From Eutreptiella sp. 'Long Island Sound 2002' (taxonomy: Eukaryota; Protista; Euglenida): 64,000 nt of DNA. Both the position numbers and the translations under genes were made by a program. Shown piece by piece: positions 61,069 through 64,000 of the stretch. Numbering within the stretch: the first letter of the stretch is position 1; every line of letters begins with the position of its first letter. The stretch lies in contig OZ038378.1 in the NCBI GenBank assembly GCA_964036045.1, forward strand, positions 171,678,001-171,742,000, read 5' to 3'. The notes beneath the pieces were generated by a model. The model was not told the DNA's origin, searched no databases, and saw only the letters and a program-made list of their open reading frames with translations.

Positions 61069-64000
61069 ATAGGGTTTGACCGTCTTACTAATCCAGAACT
61101 CCAAATTTTGCCATCCTCCGCAGTATTGTCCCCGCCACCTTCTACATGTCGCATGCCACCGCCACTGGGAAGTGGGCCCAATACCCCGCTCCATGACTTT
61201 TCATGCCCACCAGAACCCATGACCACCGGATGCAGGGACCCTTTGTCATGTATACTCAAAGCTGCACTCTAGCTCCCACAACCAGCACAACTGTGCCTCC
61301 AGATCAGGTTGCCCATCACAAGACGTACAAGTTGGGGATGTGTCTGAGACCGCCAATGGGCACAGCCATCCGAACTGATACCCCATGTCTGCCACGCTCT
61401 GGCCCTCATCCAAAGCAAATGAACACGGAGCACATGATGCAGAGATGGCCAACACACGAGCACAGCAACCCACACACTCATGCCATGTGGTCTGCGACAC
61501 GAAGAAGGACACACATTTGAATACCATAAAAATCCCAATGTTTTGCAAAAACCTAAAATTTCTCTGGGCCAATATCAATTTGTAGTGTGCAAATTTGTGC
61601 GAGAGCACCCCAAAACCACCCTAATGTCCGAAAAATTACTTATTATTTATTGTTTTTCTGCATCTTTGTTCTAAAAGCAGCTGTTGCACAACCAAATATG
61701 ACAGTGCAGGATCCCCGTCCAATAAAGCCTGCTTAGATGTTGGAGGACCCTTCCCTGACCCCCATCCCCCCCAAGAGGACGGAAAAGCTCAAATCCCTGC
61801 CGGACCGCATCTCTAAAACGCCAGGGGTATGCAGCATTGGCCATAGTACCCTTCCGCCCCCTTTGTGCCACATCACTGTGCTGGAGGCTCAAAACCTGCT
61901 GGCCCATGGGACCTTCCCCGGGTTGACGGCACGCTGCTCTGCTACGCTGCAGCAGAGGCTTTGAGCCACTGCCCCGGAGGCTCCGACCCTGTCTCTGGCA
62001 GTGGACAGCATGGGAACTATGTATCGACCATGTCCATTGGGTGTTCATGAGCATGCAATAAAACCCAGTCTGCGGAAAAGTGCGGGACACATAGAATCTC
62101 AAGGGCTATAAGTTGGTACAGATGAATGGCTGTAAATCGCATTGAAGAATTAAACAAGAAATTGATTGCGAAATAAAAGACAGTCCCGCCGACGTGAAGC
62201 GGCGCTCCATGGAGCTGTCCACAGCACTACCCACCCACTGTATGGCGCGGTACATGTCGCTACGGAACACTCAAAGGCGCACGCAGCGAAGGAAGTGCAA
62301 CCTCTTCCATGGCTGGCGCACAGTGGTCTTCTTTCAACGGCGGCTGCTGAGGTCATGCCGACTGATACAGGGTTCTGTGGGTGGAGGTCATAAGAGCCCT
62401 TGCCCCCCCCCCCCCCCCCGCCTTTAGGTTCGCAGCTGGGAATATGAAGACCAGAATGCCGAGCAGGCCACAGAATTGGTGCTCGGTTTGCGGGCCGGTG
62501 TTATTCTTCGCCGTGAACAATGATCGCATGGCCGTTTGCACTGGCTCGAGCCATTGGAGATGAAAAGCGATGATGGCCGTGGAAGGCAGGCGCGGCCTGA
62601 GCCAAGTGGTGGGTCCACGCCCGCCCTGAGCATGCCCCATTAGGGTCCTCTGTGAAAGATGCACAAACAAGGGTGTGTGAGAGGTCGCGGGGCAGCCAGA
62701 GCTGCCTCAGCATAAATGACCAGTCAGTGGCCTTGTTGTACGTCTTGGGCCCAGGGGTCCCGCCAGGCTGGCCCATAGCCCCCCCCCCAAGAAAGCCTAC
62801 AAGGAGGGCGCCAAAGGCACCGCAAATTTTTCTGAGCACCCACCCCTTACTCAAAACTGTCGGGATTTTCTGCCTAACGTACGATCAGCGCTACGTGACG
62901 ATCGTTACGAGGTTTTTATGTTGGGATCAGCCCCCCTTCCCCCCTCCTTTTCGACCGACAGTGGGGGGGGGGGGTGTGCAGTGAAGCCAGTCGCCCAGGG
63001 TTAGCGGGGGGGCACTGCGTGTTGTCGATGTAAATTGGGATGTCTGGAAAGCCCATTCTTCAGGTTTGGGTCGTCTCAAACGGTGCCGTAGATTGCGCAT
63101 TGTGAGGAGTGGCCCTTTGGCGGGGCAGGGCCCCCGCTCCAGCAGACCGTGCTTTTACCCCCCCCCCCTCTTCCTCTGGGAGGGGTAGTGCTGTGCTGAC
63201 TCTTGGGCTGGGGCCCCAAATTGACACTCAGACCTCAAAGCAGCCTCCTCTGCCCTCCATTCTGTACTGTAGCATGGGAACCCCTCCCCTAAGCCCTCTA
63301 ATGCCCCTCTACTGAATTACGGGTGGGTGTGGGCAGTTGCCCTCCTCCCTCTTTGCATGAAGAGTTCCAGGCGCAAAACACAGCATTCTGCCTCCGAATG
63401 AACCAGTTCCTACAGCTCTTGGTGAAGGGCTTTGTCCAACAAGGTCAGTTCTGCCTGAGGGGCCATGCACACTGTTTGTCTGCCAGTGGGATATGTCTAA
63501 GCGGAGTTAAACATGGTGCGTGTGGTTGTACAGGGTCTGCATGCCCGCTTCCCCTTGTGTCCTTGTGTCCCCTCCCCTCCCAGCTCCAACGTACATACCT
63601 CAAAATGATACGTGTACCTGGGTGATCCTTCTGAGGTATATGTGTTGGGGTGTTAACCCCCTTCGAGCGCCTGTGATTGCAATTATAGTTCAAGGGGAGT
63701 TGGAGAGAATCCCAGCCACAGCCCCCCCCCGCCCCCCCCACCACCACGGCGTCTTATATACTGAAGCACCTGCACTCCTAGGCCACCTTCTGAGCGCCTG
63801 AGTGATATATCCTGGCTAGTGTGCTGCTCTGCAGCCGTCGCCACCGTGAACAGTGATGAAGATGTGGGCTCATCAGCCATCGGATAGCTGACGGCTAAGT
63901 GCAATCCTGGAGCGTGAGCAAGTGGTCAGAGCAATGGGATGTTTGAGGCCCTGTCTGTCACCTGCCTCTAGTCGAGCGCGTTGTCCCAGAGGGTGATTAG

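Noticed and set aside
62150-64000. Possible exons of a further gene near the window end
   Set aside because: Several splice-like boundaries and plausible peptides exist on both strands, but I could not build one consistent stop-free model or recognise a family.
1-64000. tRNA, rRNA or spliced-leader RNA genes
   Set aside because: No cloverleaf, rRNA-conserved or SL-like sequence recognised by eye; a covariance-model scan would be needed to exclude them.

Overview
Repeat-dense eukaryotic (protist-like) DNA with GT-AG introns, long homopolymers and only two confidently callable host genes: a 4-exon glycerophosphodiester phosphodiesterase (45568-49829) and a 2-exon TPR + SET/MYND (SMYD-like) protein (55925-59192). 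The most striking content is in the first 23 kb. Two related, apparently unclassifiable DNA transposons (2187-9363 and 11682-22732) both have CTTAG-starting terminal inverted repeats and 5-bp target-site duplications. Each carries a DDE-like transposase gene plus a second, intron-containing gene. In element 1 that gene encodes a ParB-like domain followed by a degenerate methyltransferase-like fold; element 2 keeps only the homologous 3' half. Each element is studded, only in introns and other non-coding parts, with its own version of a CGAAATTTCG-core palindrome (ATCGAAATTTCGAT vs CCGAAATTTCGG), reminiscent of a ParB/parS pair. Element 2 is internally deleted and interrupted by a full-length tyrosine-recombinase retrotransposon (14488-20874). 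That element has gag-YR-RT/RNaseH order as in VIPER/TATE, has split direct repeats, and integrated at a shared TG dinucleotide. Element 2 itself sits in a duplicated segment whose empty-site copy lies at about 27670. The rest contains a 6.5-kb G-rich minisatellite with a 1516-bp higher-order period, MITE-like elements, a deleted Harbinger-like transposon, a CpG-palindrome array, microsatellites and decayed sequence. The gene order of the YR element hints at a euglenozoan host (inference only). All protein-family assignments are by eye from motifs; no database search was run.
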